A stretch of 64,000 nucleotides of DNA from Candidatus Hydrogenedentota bacterium (lineage in GTDB: Bacteria; Hydrogenedentota; Hydrogenedentia; Hydrogenedentales; SLHB01): positions 160,001 to 224,000 of the forward strand of contig CAVUWV010000009.1 in NCBI GenBank assembly GCA_963745075.1, given 5' to 3'. The translations under genes were made by a program, and so were the position numbers. The notes below the pieces were generated by a model, which saw only the letters and a list, made by a program, of their open reading frames with translations, was not told the DNA's origin and did not search any database. Position 1 is the stretch's first letter; each line of letters starts with the position of its first letter. Positions 50,414 through 61,029 of the stretch are shown in pieces.

Positions 50414-50511
50414 ATAACCTTCATAGGGGCTATCTCGTTTGGGACCGGATCGTCGTTAATCGCAAAGCTTCGGGCGGTGTGTGGTATAGGCACACGCCGG
50501 AGGGTCGCTGG

Positions 50512-51150
50512 ATGAAGTGTCCGAAATGTGGGTTGCACAATCCTCCATCCGCGATGAAATGTGATTGTGGGTATGAGTTCCCAAACGTTGGAGACAATTC
50601 GCACGAAGACAAAGTCGAAGTCACGTGCCCGACTTGTGGGCGGCGTCTTCGGGTGCCCTTCCTCGCCGGTAGGACACTACGAGTCAATTGCCCGAATGGT
50701 TGCCCGTCGTTTTCCACGAGTGTTCCGTCTGACTCAGAGGAAGAGCAGCAGGAGGTCGCCGGTAACATGTCAAGGGTAAGTCCATCGAGAAGCCTCTGGT
50801 CGCCAAATGTGATTCAACGGTTGGTGTTAGCGATCGGATTGATTGGAGTAGTCTTCATGATAGCAGTGCCACCATATTGCGTAGTAAGCCCGATTCCCGT
50901 TGACCTCGGGATCGAAAAGCGTTTCTTTTACAAGTACGCACCGATTTACAGACCACCAGAGATTGACATAGCTGACGCGCGGATGGTGCGTAACACGCAG
51001 ATGTTTGCTTCCGTTGAGTTGGACGGACAACGTCTCGGATTCCAGATACTCGCCGGAATACTCACAACGAGTGCGGTTTACTTGGCTGTTCCGTTAGCAC
51101 AAGCGAGTCTGGCCGTCTGGCACAAATCGAAATCACGCAAGAAGGCGTAG
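50512..51150 (+). CDS. Zinc-ribbon-containing membrane protein
   Basis: CPKC..CDC and CPTC..CPNGC followed by two TM helices; GGAGG RBS. Confidence 0.65.
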   Translation: MKCPKCGLHNPPSAMKCDCGYEFPNVGDNSHEDKVEVTCPTCGRRLRVPFLAGRTLRVNCPNGCPSFSTSVPSDSEEEQQEVAGNMSRVSPSRSLWSPNVIQRLVLAIGLIGVVFMIAVPPYCVVSPIPVDLGIEKRFFYKYAPIYRPPEIDIADARMVRNTQMFASVELDGQRLGFQILAGILTTSAVYLAVPLAQASLAVWHKSKSRKKA

Positions 51151-51287
51151 GCGCTCCGCGTGATTGAAGGGAGCAACCCAAAGCAAATGCTTTGTGCCAG
51201 AAGGTGCTATTGCGATTTTAGCCTTTGTGACCGTGAGGCCGGTATTGAGGGAAAGCAGGGTTCAATGCCAGTGGCGCAGGAACTCAC

Positions 51288-51830
51288 ATGCCCTTGATTC
51301 GTAAGAAGCTCAGTGAAAGCGATGCTGCATTTTACTTCGTGCAGGCCACAATAACGGACGTTGACTCGCGCTGGACTGACGTATACAGCGAACTTCAAGA
51401 GGAGTGCGGCCCGGATTTTAAGGTGAAAGATGAGGAGCTTGCGAGATTCGACCTCACGTTGGCATTGATTGCACTTAACAAACGTGCCATAAAGAACCTC
51501 TTTCCTTCGGAGCAAGCACAGCGCCTAGAGGCATGGACCTTGGAGAGTCTAAACCTACTAAGATATCCGGACTATGCCCAAACGGAAATTGCGCTGTACA
51601 GTCAAGCGTGGGAAAAGGCCTTTGCGGGCGAAGACCCGCGAGACGTAATTGTGGCCATACCATCGCGTTTAGTTCGGAAATGGCTCGGCGAACGGATCCG
51701 TTTATTTGCCATGCCCACTGACGCTGGAGACATAGTGCGACCGTCTCTATTGCTCTTTATGACGGGTGCGCTAATGCAGTTCGTTGGCTATTGGCCATTC
51801 ATTAAGAAACACTACAGGTTGGTACCATAA
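51288..51830 (+). CDS. Hypothetical protein
   Basis: 180-aa ORF with AGGA RBS, helical character. Confidence 0.6.
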   Translation: MPLIRKKLSESDAAFYFVQATITDVDSRWTDVYSELQEECGPDFKVKDEELARFDLTLALIALNKRAIKNLFPSEQAQRLEAWTLESLNLLRYPDYAQTEIALYSQAWEKAFAGEDPRDVIVAIPSRLVRKWLGERIRLFAMPTDAGDIVRPSLLLFMTGALMQFVGYWPFIKKHYRLVP

Positions 51831-52033
51831 GCCAAGACATTTTGAGCTAGGTGACGAGATCTGCGTGATAGCGTGCAGACAGATCGAATATCCTTGGACG
51901 AGTTCATAGGCCAGATAGAAGAACTCTTCGGGACAGCGCTGACTGCTCGGGCAACCGAGGTGGCCATACACATGCGACAAGGGATTCATGGGTACTTGCG
52001 GCCATAGAGACATATTGGAGTACAGGAGGTGCG

Positions 52034-52838
52034 ATGCAGAGCGGACAATCTCATCTGCCGAGGAAAATTAGTAACAGGCAATCGGGTTTTCTATGGGGCC
52101 CATGCCCAAACGGTCGTAAGGTCGCTGTTTGGCATCAGCGCGATGGCAGAACCGGATTCCGCATATACTGGAATGGCATTTGGCGTAATTCGTTCGGTCA
52201 AATGGAATTGGATAGAGTTTTTGGCATAAGACCCAGGGTAAAGAAGACGGGATACTCAGAAAGGATATCCGTCTGAACCGGTAATTCAAGCGGTGTGGCG
52301 ATATTTGGCGAAAAGATACAATGAGGGAGATCCAAATGTCATATATAGCGAATCCCAACTAGACCTAACGGAAGATTTAACAAGAACATCATCCCGGCAT
52401 GCCCCTTCTGATGATGATGTCAACAGGGCTGTAAGGCTGGCAGCAAATTGGACAAGGCCGGGGGCAGGTGAGTCGGATGCTCACAAGGCTCTCAAGGAGG
52501 AGATCGCTAAGAATCCAGAGATCGTTGGTGCAACGGATGTATCGTTTGTTTCAATCGAACATCGATTCCCAAGCGGAGATAGGGCCGACTTATTGCTGGA
52601 GTCCAGTGGTTCTAGATGGGTAGTGGTTGAAGTGGAGCTAGAAGGACTGGTCGAGACAGTGACGGGCCTCTTTCAAGCTGTAAAATATCGCGCACTTCAA
52701 CAGGCCGTACTTTGTACTGAAGGACGTGACGGCTCCGTCTCAGCAATCTTGGCCGCGCGATCTATCCCGACGGAAGTCGAGAAGCTCGCTAGAATGTTGG
52801 ATGTGGTGACAGTATCGGTCAAAGACGAAAGTCGCTGA
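52034..52838 (+). CDS. PD-(D/E)XK (NucS-like) nuclease-domain protein; probable frameshift at ~52250
   Basis: GESDAHKALK, EHRFPSGDRADLL, VVVEVE, GLFQAVKYRAL in ORF 52293-52838; upstream ORF 52034 has an AGGAGG RBS and joins in frame if one G is removed. Confidence 0.55.
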
Positions 52839-52994
52839 CGGGGAAAATATTGCACCGAAATCGTAGGGCATGCGAGCGAGAAGCGAAGGAACGGACCACC
52901 GCGAATTAGTAGTCATATTTCCTGGTGATGGAAGCGCGGTTGCGATAAATGACAGGCTAGCGGAGTCTTTTAGCGCGTTAGAAAGGAAGTCATC

Positions 52995-54392
52995 ATGAAA
53001 CGTCGTGAATTCATGCAACTCACTGGATTGACGGGGGCCATGTTCGCGCCTACCGTGGTTTCGTTTCCTGAGGCCTACGCCACCCCGGCCGCAGAGGCAT
53101 CCGGGCCGGACAGCGTCTTAGACGGCAACGGCCTGATCGCGGGGCGCACGATCGATGACCTCATCGCGCGGTATCGCTATGACTTGTTCGATGACTTTCT
53201 GCCGTTCATGGATGCGCATGTCATCGATCACGAGTTGGGCGGGTTCATGACGACGGCGGACCGGTCGGGCAAGACCGTCTCCACGGAGAAGCGGACGTGG
53301 TTCGAGGGACGGGGCATCTGGGTGTATTCCCACCTCTACCGCACGCTAGCGCCGGAGGACCGGTACCTGGAGGTCGCGCGGAAGTCGGTGGACTTCATGT
53401 TGCGCGCGCAAGCCGGCCGACGACGCGCCGTGGCCCAGTTCGATGACCCGCGAAGGCGAGGCGATGGAGGACCAGGGGGTGCTCATCGCGGGCAAACGGT
53501 ATCCCACCGGGGGCCAGGTGTACGACGACTTGTTCGTGGCCGAAGGTTTTACGGAGTACGCCCGCGCCACGGGCAAGCGCGAGTTTCACGATCAAGCCGT
53601 CGACATTCTCTTCCGCTGCGAGAAACGGTTTGACGACGAAAACTACGCGCCCACCGCGCCGCTCGTGTACATGGGCGAGATGGAAGCCCCGGTGTTGCCG
53701 GGGTGCCGTCTGTTGGGCGTGCAGATGCTGATGATCCGCGTGGCGACCCAGTTGCTTGAAGCGGAACACGACGACCGCGTGAAGGCCCTCGCCGACCGGT
53801 GCGTCGAAGACGATTCTGAAACGCCATTACGACGAGGAATTCGATCTTCTGCGTCGAAGTGCTCAACCATGACTACTCGAAACCGGACAACATCTACGCG
53901 CAATTGGCCTATACCGGTCACGGCATCGAGACCTTGTGGATGGTCATGGCCGAAGCGGTGCGGCGCAAGGACCGCGCCTTGTTCGACGACGCGGCCCGCC
54001 TGTTCCGTCGCACGCTCGACGTGGCGTGGGACGACGTATATCAGGGCTGGTACCGCGGCTGCCGCCATGTCGACGACAACATCTGGATCCTCGACAAGGC
54101 CCTATGGGTCCAGGAAGAGGCGCTGGTCGGCTTGACGCTGATCGTCGAACACACGGGCGCGGAATGGGCGAAGGAGTGGCTGCGCCGCGGCTACCCCTAT
54201 GTCATCGAACACTTCCCCCTCGCCCCGCACGGCTACGCGCTGTGGGACCTCTACCCCGACCGCAAAGTGACGTTCGTCGAAGACTTCGATCGCATCGGCA
54301 ACTTCCACCACCCCCGCCACCTCATGACGAATCTCCAAGCGCTCAACCGCATGCAAGAGCGCGGGGGGAAAGTGTCCGGAGTTTTCGGCTAG
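52995..54392 (+). CDS. AGE-family (N-acylglucosamine 2-epimerase-like) enzyme with Tat signal; split by three single-base insertions
   Basis: MKRREF Tat motif, IDHELGGF, WFEGRGIWVYS, GHGIETLW, KALWVQEE, FHHPRHL; breaks at ~53409, ~53808, ~53848. Confidence 0.8.
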
Positions 54393-54578
54393 GGCCAGAG
54401 CGAATCCCGATACCGCGCGTTTGTTCCTTTGTTGGTTTCGCCGCGCGGTGATACGCTAGGGTGTGCTGCGAATGCGTGGGAGAATTTGCTCTCGACTATT
54501 ACGGCCGACTGGGTGTTTCCGGCGGCGATTGCTGCCCTTGGTCGTTAGGCATCTTGGGACAGGCGGGCGGAGACTGAC

Positions 54579-55175
54579 ATGAGACAATCCAATGAAGCAG
54601 CTTTGACGGTTGAACTCAGACACACGGGAGAGCGGCTCACGATCCGGCGTATCAAGGCCGACAACCGCGTTGAGGAGTTGCGTTTAGCCGGATCGCTGCC
54701 CGCGCATCGGCAAGGCCCGCCGCTCCATATTCACTTTGAAGAGGATGAGAGTGGAGTAGTGGTTTCAGGCACCCTGTCCGCGTTGGTTGACGGCAAGCTT
54801 CATGTGATTGAAGCCGGTGGATCCGGCCATTTTCCCAGAGGGAGCGTGCATCGGTGGTGGAATGACGGCGATGAAGAGTTGGTGATTCAAGGAGTCGTTA
54901 CACCGCCAATTGATTTGGACCGATACCTTCACGCCTTGTTTGAGGTGCTCAACGCCGGCCCGCCGGACCGGCCGCCAATATTCTACATTGCGCACGTCCT
55001 TTATCGACATCGGAAGACACAATTGGCGCTGGTCGTTCCGCGTGCGGTCCAACGGGTGCTCTTCCCAATCATTGTGATGTTGGGGACGGTGCTCGGCAAA
55101 TATCGAGGGACCGCGTGGCCGGGATGCCCGAGCCGTTGCACCGGCGCACCGGTAATCTCACCCGATGAAGCCTGA
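54579..55175 (+). CDS. Cupin domain protein
   Basis: GPPLHIHFEEDE...VSG and FPRGSVHRWWN. Confidence 0.85.
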   Translation: MRQSNEAALTVELRHTGERLTIRRIKADNRVEELRLAGSLPAHRQGPPLHIHFEEDESGVVVSGTLSALVDGKLHVIEAGGSGHFPRGSVHRWWNDGDEELVIQGVVTPPIDLDRYLHALFEVLNAGPPDRPPIFYIAHVLYRHRKTQLALVVPRAVQRVLFPIIVMLGTVLGKYRGTAWPGCPSRCTGAPVISPDEA

Positions 55176-55257
55176 CCATGCACTGCGGCGAACCATCGTC
55201 CCGCACCCGTCCTCTCGCCGGGCAATCGTGCGAAACGGCGATTCTGCTCGTTTCTGG

Positions 55258-55299
55258 AAACACTGTGGCTTGGCGCAAAAACACTGTGGCTTGGCGCAA
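55258..55299 (+). repeat. 21-bp direct tandem repeat x2
   Basis: AAACACTGTGGCTTGGCGCAA repeated exactly. Confidence 0.9.
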
Positions 55300-55326
55300 A
55301 CATCATGGCGTCACGAAGTCTTCTTG

Positions 55327-55552
55327 GCCTGAAGGGCCAACATATACCCTTAGCCCCGGGTTGGCCGCAGCGAAGCAAGGCCTACCCGGGGTCCGCGGAC
55401 CTTCCCCGAATCGGTACCCTGAAGGGGTTTAATAATCATTGCTTCTATCAATCCCCTACGGGGAAACAGCAGTGGGTGGGAGCCTGGTGACCCCGGGCAG
55501 CGTCGCGTTGCGCCGCAACCCGGGGCTGTTCGTATGTAGTCCCTTCGGGACA
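55327..55552. repeat. ~225-bp palindromic REP/MITE-like element
   Basis: Small hairpins CCTGAAGGG, CCCTGAAGGGG, CCCCTACGGGG, CCCTTCGGGA; arms AGCCCCGGGTTG...CAACCCGGGGCT. Confidence 0.7.
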
Positions 55553-55786
55553 TTTCGGCGGCTTGGCGCCACCGCGTAAATGGTCCAACCTGACAGCGCA
55601 TTTGCAGCCTTGATCCCGACACCCGGCTCGCGTCATATCGGGTAGATTCAACACGTCAACGTCAAACGTCAACGGGTCCATGATGAAGAATCCACGGTTT
55701 GAGCGCGGTAGCCGTATGTCCCCTTGCCGGTTTTGCCTTGCCGTGATATTCTTGGGGTACGCGATAGTCATACGTCGGAGGCGGGC

Positions 55787-56899
55787 ATGCACGGAACAAC
55801 ACGACAACGGGCGGCGAGAAGTCTTTGGGGCGCCGTTCTGAGCCTTGTACTCCTCGTCGGGTGCGGCGAGGACGACTTCAGATTCCTCCGAAATAAGGCA
55901 GAGCAAGGTATCGCCGAATCTCAGTACACGCTCGGCTACATGTACGACACCGGTAAGGGTGTTCAGAAGGACGAGGAGGAAGCGCTCAAGTGGCTTCGTA
56001 AAGCGGCCGGCCAAGGTCACGCAGGCGCACAAACCTATCTCGGCGCGAAATACTTTGAGGGCAGAGGCGTTCCTCAGGATGACGCACGAGCCTTCGAATG
56101 GTTTCAGAAAGCCGCCGACCAGGGAGATCCTACGGGACAGTTTGACCTTGGCTTAATGTACGATCTGGGCAAGGGCGTCCCCGCGAGCGATTCTGAAGCT
56201 GCCAAGTGGTACCGCATGGCGGCGGAACAAGGACACGCACGCGCTCAATACCGCCTCGGCCTGAAATACAGGCATGGAGAGGGTGTACCACATGACAACG
56301 AAGAGGCCGTCAAGTGGTTTCGAAAAGCCGCCAACCAAGGTAATGCAGATGGCCAAATCGATCTTGGCATGTGTTACAAGTTCGGCGAGGGGGTGCCTGG
56401 GGACAAAGTGGAAGCGGTGAAATGGTATCGCGCGGCCGCGGATCAGGGTAATGCCGATGGCCAATGGCGGCTCGGCACGTGCTACGAATACGGCGAGGGG
56501 GTACCCGAAGACAAAGCCGAGGCGGTGAAGTGGTATCGCGCAGCTTCCAATCAGGGAAACGCTACAGGTCAATTCAGCCTCGGTATGTGTTACTACTTTG
56601 GATTCGGCGTGGCCGAGGACAAGGAAGAAGCGGCCAAGTGGCTGCGAACAAGCGCCAACCAAGGCGATTCAACGGCCCAATACCAGCTTGCGGCGATGTA
56701 CGCCAAGGGCGAAGGGGTGACCAAAGACCTCGTAAAAGCGTATATGTGGTTCGACTTGGCGGCTGAGCAGGGCGAAGACAAGGCGCCTGAGGGTATGGAA
56801 TCACTCTCTTTGCCAATGACCCCCAACCAAATCGCCGAAGCCAAAGCGAAGTCCGCCGAATGGCGGGCGAAGCACGACGAACAAGTAGCCAATGAGTAG
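55787..56899 (+). CDS. Sel1-like repeat lipoprotein
   Basis: Lipobox LVGC; about eight repeats of Q..LG..Y..G.GV..D..EA.KWY..AA.QG. Confidence 0.92.
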   Translation: MHGTTRQRAARSLWGAVLSLVLLVGCGEDDFRFLRNKAEQGIAESQYTLGYMYDTGKGVQKDEEEALKWLRKAAGQGHAGAQTYLGAKYFEGRGVPQDDARAFEWFQKAADQGDPTGQFDLGLMYDLGKGVPASDSEAAKWYRMAAEQGHARAQYRLGLKYRHGEGVPHDNEEAVKWFRKAANQGNADGQIDLGMCYKFGEGVPGDKVEAVKWYRAAADQGNADGQWRLGTCYEYGEGVPEDKAEAVKWYRAASNQGNATGQFSLGMCYYFGFGVAEDKEEAAKWLRTSANQGDSTAQYQLAAMYAKGEGVTKDLVKAYMWFDLAAEQGEDKAPEGMESLSLPMTPNQIAEAKAKSAEWRAKHDEQVANE

Positions 56900-56914
56900 G
56901 TAGTAAAGCGTGTT

Positions 56915-57241
56915 ATGCGGAACCGTCTTACCATTGTTTGGAAAACGAAGGCGATGAAGAGGCTTTCTACCCTACAAGTCACGTCTCGCGGTTTTGACTA
57001 CGCGTGCCTTCAGTTCGCAATAGTCGTCGGCGCCGTCATGACGGTGTTCTTCGGATACTTCTCAATCCAGACAGGCGAGGGTTGGTTCGTGACTATCTTC
57101 TTTGCGTTCCTCACCGCAATCAATTTCCTCCATGCCCTTCGGATGCGAAGGAAGATGAAAAACTGCGAACATGCTGTTGAGGCGAAGCCGGTCGGAACGT
57201 CAGGGTCGAACGATGAAGGCCACTCCGATGCATCCGCCTGA
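56915..57241 (+). CDS. Small membrane protein
   Basis: Two TM helices; start uncertain. Confidence 0.5.
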   Translation: MRNRLTIVWKTKAMKRLSTLQVTSRGFDYACLQFAIVVGAVMTVFFGYFSIQTGEGWFVTIFFAFLTAINFLHALRMRRKMKNCEHAVEAKPVGTSGSNDEGHSDASA

Positions 57242-57821
57242 ACGTATGCCGCGCCGGACGTTCTGCGCGACGCTCTGTGCCGCCGTGGGCGTGGTCCATT
57301 CAGGCTGCGGGGCGCGGACCGGGAGTCTCGCCGGTCAGATTCAATGGGTTGGCTGGACCGAGGATCACCGTGGTGAACTAACCCCGCTCGACCGGGTGTT
57401 CGGCGCCGCATTTCTCCTGTTGGAAAGAGAGTACAAATCACTCGGGTACGAAGGACCGCCAAAAACATATCCCATGACCCCGGAGGAAGCGCGGAATTGG
57501 CATCGCGACAAACGGTTGCCGACCGAATGGTGGTATCTATCAATCCCCTACGAGTGGTGGGGGCGGGGATCGGGAACGCAACCGACCGAAGTAACGCTGT
57601 CCCTCGAGGTCCCGGTTCATCTGTTGCGCGCGCACCTGGACAACGTCGGCCGGTTTGCGTTCAAGGATCTTCCCTTCGGCCGGCACACGCTATTCATCCG
57701 CTGGGGAAAAAGTGCCGACCCTCAAAACAACATCTCAGGTCCTTATGCGGTGATTATTGACAAGCCCGGACAGACCGAGCAGGTGTTCCCTGTGAACGCC
57801 TTTGACATGATTGACACCTAA
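57228..57821 (+). CDS. Hypothetical exported protein (Tat/lipoprotein-like signal)
   Basis: MPRRTFC...HSGC; C-terminal GRFAFKDLPFGRHTLFIRW resembles a prealbumin-like beta-sandwich; start uncertain. Confidence 0.55.
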   Translation: MHPPERMPRRTFCATLCAAVGVVHSGCGARTGSLAGQIQWVGWTEDHRGELTPLDRVFGAAFLLLEREYKSLGYEGPPKTYPMTPEEARNWHRDKRLPTEWWYLSIPYEWWGRGSGTQPTEVTLSLEVPVHLLRAHLDNVGRFAFKDLPFGRHTLFIRWGKSADPQNNISGPYAVIIDKPGQTEQVFPVNAFDMIDT

Positions 57822-57877
57822 CGGGCCGTTACCGGCGAAATTACGGCCCTCCAGGCTACCAAGTTACCGCACCCCGG

Positions 57878-57950
57878 TTGCGAAGCAACCCATAAAAGTC
57901 TTTTGGAGGAGTGCAGGGGGATTTTTTCCTCAGAAAAGGTCCCCCCGCAT
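57878..57950. repeat. REP-like palindrome, copy 2 (related to 40804-40877)
   Basis: TTGCGAAGCAA, AAAGTCT, GTGCAGGGGGA..TTCCTCAGAAAA..TCCCCCCGCAT. Confidence 0.6.
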
Positions 57951-57953
57951 TCT

Positions 57954-60055
57954 TCACAACGCCTTAGCGTCAATCTTGTCGAATTCTTCCAGCGCCGCGC
58001 GGTGGTAGCAGTAGATGTGGCCGTCTTCCGCGCCGAGGAGGAGGTCCAGTTTACCGTCGCCGTTCCAGTCGAAGGCGTTGGGGGCGGTGGTGTGACCGGC
58101 CAGTTCGCGGCCCGGGAAATCGCCGCGCCACACGAACGTTTCGCCGCCCGTATTCTCGAACCATCCCGCGTTCTTCGTATTGCGGAGGAGATCCAGATCA
58201 CCGTCGCCGTCCCAGTCCACGAGGTGGATCTTTGCCCGGCCGCTCCTGCCGCCTTCGCCGTCGCATAGCCGCAACGGTTGTCCGTCCTCGCCCTTGAAGA
58301 TGCGCTGCCCCGGCTCGAACTTCGGACCGCCCAGCGACCGAAAGAGCGCGAGATACCCTTCGTAATCCACAAGCACGAGATCGTTGTTGCCGTCCTTATC
58401 CCAATCGATGATTTGGGGCCGGGTCCGCCATTCAACGACCAAGTCCGTGGGACCCGGCTTCCACCAGTTCCACGCCGGATACTTAGGAGCGTCCGGCCAC
58501 ATGACCTCGACCCGCTGCGGCGCCGTGATACCCCCGCGATTATCCGCGAACTCAAAATATTCGATGCGCCCGAGGATCGAGTTGTAGACGATGTCCGGTT
58601 TGCCGTCGCCCGTGATGTCGCCCAGGACCGGGACCGTGTAGCCCCACTTCTCCTCGGCCGGACCCTGCACGCTGCCGTTGTATCCCGCCATGATGCGGAA
58701 CGGCGTGTTCGCCATGGACAGGTTGCGGCCTTCGCGGTACTCGCTACCCGTCCACCGGAAGAATTCCACATACCCCGCCGTGTTGCCGCAATAGAGATTT
58801 CGCGTTTCGGGATCGATCCACGGCGTAACCAGTCCGCCCGATTTGATGGCCGGATTCACTTCCTTCAAGAACCGCTCATCGCTGAAGTAAGGCGCGCCCC
58901 GGGACATGCCGCGATTGAGGCAGACACTAACCCGGCCGTCTTCGGGGCCAATGAGCAGGTCCGGCAGCCCGTCCATGTTCCAGTCACACTCGATGGGCGC
59001 CATCATGCAGAGGTCGATGTGCAACTTGCCGTCTGATGTCATGACCGGACGCGGCGCCGCGAGACGGGGGATCGTCCGCGTCCCCACATTCTCGAAGTAC
59101 GTGAACTCGTCGCGAAACTCGCCGCAAATCAGATCGAGGTCGCCGTCCCCATCGAAGTCCGCGATACAGGGACAGGGCTGACCGTACACATCGATGGGCG
59201 TGTCGTCCGCTTCCAGGCGGACCCCTTCCGCGTACTTCGGGCGCGTCCGCCGTACCGATGTTCTTGTGAAAGTAGACAAATCCGTGCAGGGGCCCGTTCG
59301 TCCAGTTGCCCGTCCCATCGAAGGCCCGGTCCCAGCCGTATTCTCTCCCAATCGTTCGTCGACGCGATGATGTCAACGAGCCCGTCGCCGTCCCAGTCGG
59401 CCTGACGCGTGATGAAGTTGCGGAGCTTCTCCTTCGGTGGCTTGACCGGACTCTCCATCTTCTTGCTCATGCCGTTGGCGCGGATGTCGTCGTACCAGTC
59501 GTTACCCGCGAGCATGTCCAGCTTGCCGTCGCCGTTTACATCGCCCAGCACACCGAACCATACCCCCTCGCCAAGCCGTTCGCCCCGCTCGAACACGCCG
59601 CTACGATTTTGCAGATACACGTAGGTGCTGCTCTGCGGTTTGTCCGGGCAACTGTTGACGATGTCCCAATCGCCGTCCCCATCCCAGTCGACCGGCGATG
59701 GGTGCGACCACAATCCGTCACCGAGATCCGCTACCACGCTGCTTCGTCCGTAGTCCAGCATATCCTCCGCGCCGACGAACACCGGAGGCGTCTGCGGTCC
59801 TTCCGGATTCGGGATGATGCGGTAGACGTGGGGCTGGGTGCCGTCGTCGGCGCGGGTCCAGAAGACGTAGCGTTTATCGCGATGCTGTTGCACCTTGGCG
59901 GGCACCGCTTCGCTCGTGGCTTCGTCGAAGACCGACGCCGCAACCACGTCCGCACCGACTTCGAACCGCGCAGGAGGCCCCTGCCACGCATGCGAATACG
60001 CGGGCGCTTCCACCCGTATCTGGCCAACCATCATCAAGACTGCACAAATTACCAT
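57954..60055 (-). CDS. Large FG-GAP/VCBS repeat protein; two frameshifts (~59345, ~59245)
   Basis: Many DWDGDG/DFDGDG repeats over three overlapping frames that continue each other (ASTNDW / REYGWD...GTADAP / KYAEG). Confidence 0.8.
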
Positions 60056-60198
60056 CTCGGGACTCCCGTAGTTGATTTCTGGAAGTTCCATCCTACCGCA
60101 TCGAAACGTTTCGTTTCTTCCCTTAGACTTGCATCGCGCGGGAGGGATACGCAGAATCAAGCGCCGACGCGGGGAGTAATTCAAGAGAGGATTAATGC

Positions 60199-60954
60199 AT
60201 GCGCTTGACGAGTACGGTTTTGACGGTTTTCATGGCGGCTGCATGCTTGGCCGGATGCGCCACGACTTCCGTGCGGGGCACGGCGAAGACGGCGCAACCG
60301 ACGGGCTTTCTCAACAAGACCATGAATGTGGACGGCGTCGAACGACGCTACGTCGTCTACGTCCCCCGGGAATACGACCCGGGCCGGAAGTGGCCGCTGA
60401 TCGTGTTTCTTCACGGCATGGGCGAACGCGGCGATGACGGGCTAATTCCATCGGAAGTCGGGATAGGGACCGCCATCCGCCGTCATGTGGATCGCTTTCC
60501 GTGCATCGTCGTTATGCCGCAGTGTCCCGGAGACAGGGATTGGACCGAAGCATTCGACCATATCGACACGGTCATCGCCGAGACGTTGCAGGCGTATTCG
60601 ATCGATCGCAGCCGGATCATGTTGACTGGCCTGTCCATGGGCGGGTTCGGTACCTGGGACTACGGTGCCCAACACGCGGAGTTCTTCGCCGCACTCATGC
60701 CCATCTGCGGCGGCGGCAACGTGGCCGACGCGCCCGCATTGGCCACGGTACCGATATGGGCCTTTCACGGCGGATCCGACAGCGTCGTGTCCCCTAAGGA
60801 ATCGCAAACCATGGTCGAGGCGGTGAAGAAAGCCGGCGGCGATATTCGCTTCACCGAATATCCCGGTGTCGATCACAATTCCTGGGACCGAGCCTACGGT
60901 GACGCGGAGGCAACCAAGTGGCTTCTTTCTCATACGAACGAGCGAAACCGGTAG
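60199..60954 (+). CDS. Alpha/beta hydrolase (esterase/peptidase) lipoprotein
   Basis: Lipobox LAGC, FLHGMGE, TGLSMGG, FHGGSD, DHNSW. Confidence 0.88.
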   Translation: MRLTSTVLTVFMAAACLAGCATTSVRGTAKTAQPTGFLNKTMNVDGVERRYVVYVPREYDPGRKWPLIVFLHGMGERGDDGLIPSEVGIGTAIRRHVDRFPCIVVMPQCPGDRDWTEAFDHIDTVIAETLQAYSIDRSRIMLTGLSMGGFGTWDYGAQHAEFFAALMPICGGGNVADAPALATVPIWAFHGGSDSVVSPKESQTMVEAVKKAGGDIRFTEYPGVDHNSWDRAYGDAEATKWLLSHTNERNR

Positions 60955-61029
60955 AAATGAAAGAGCCACGAGTGCGCCTGGACGCGGCTCGTGGCTCTTG
61001 GTTATTCGTATCGGATGCCGGCGATCTGA

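Noticed and set aside
55258..55310. Possible mini CRISPR array
   Set aside because: Two adjacent 21-bp copies with no spacer, and no cas genes in the window
55900..56770. Periodic ~108-bp DNA repeats
   Set aside because: Explained by Sel1-like protein repeats
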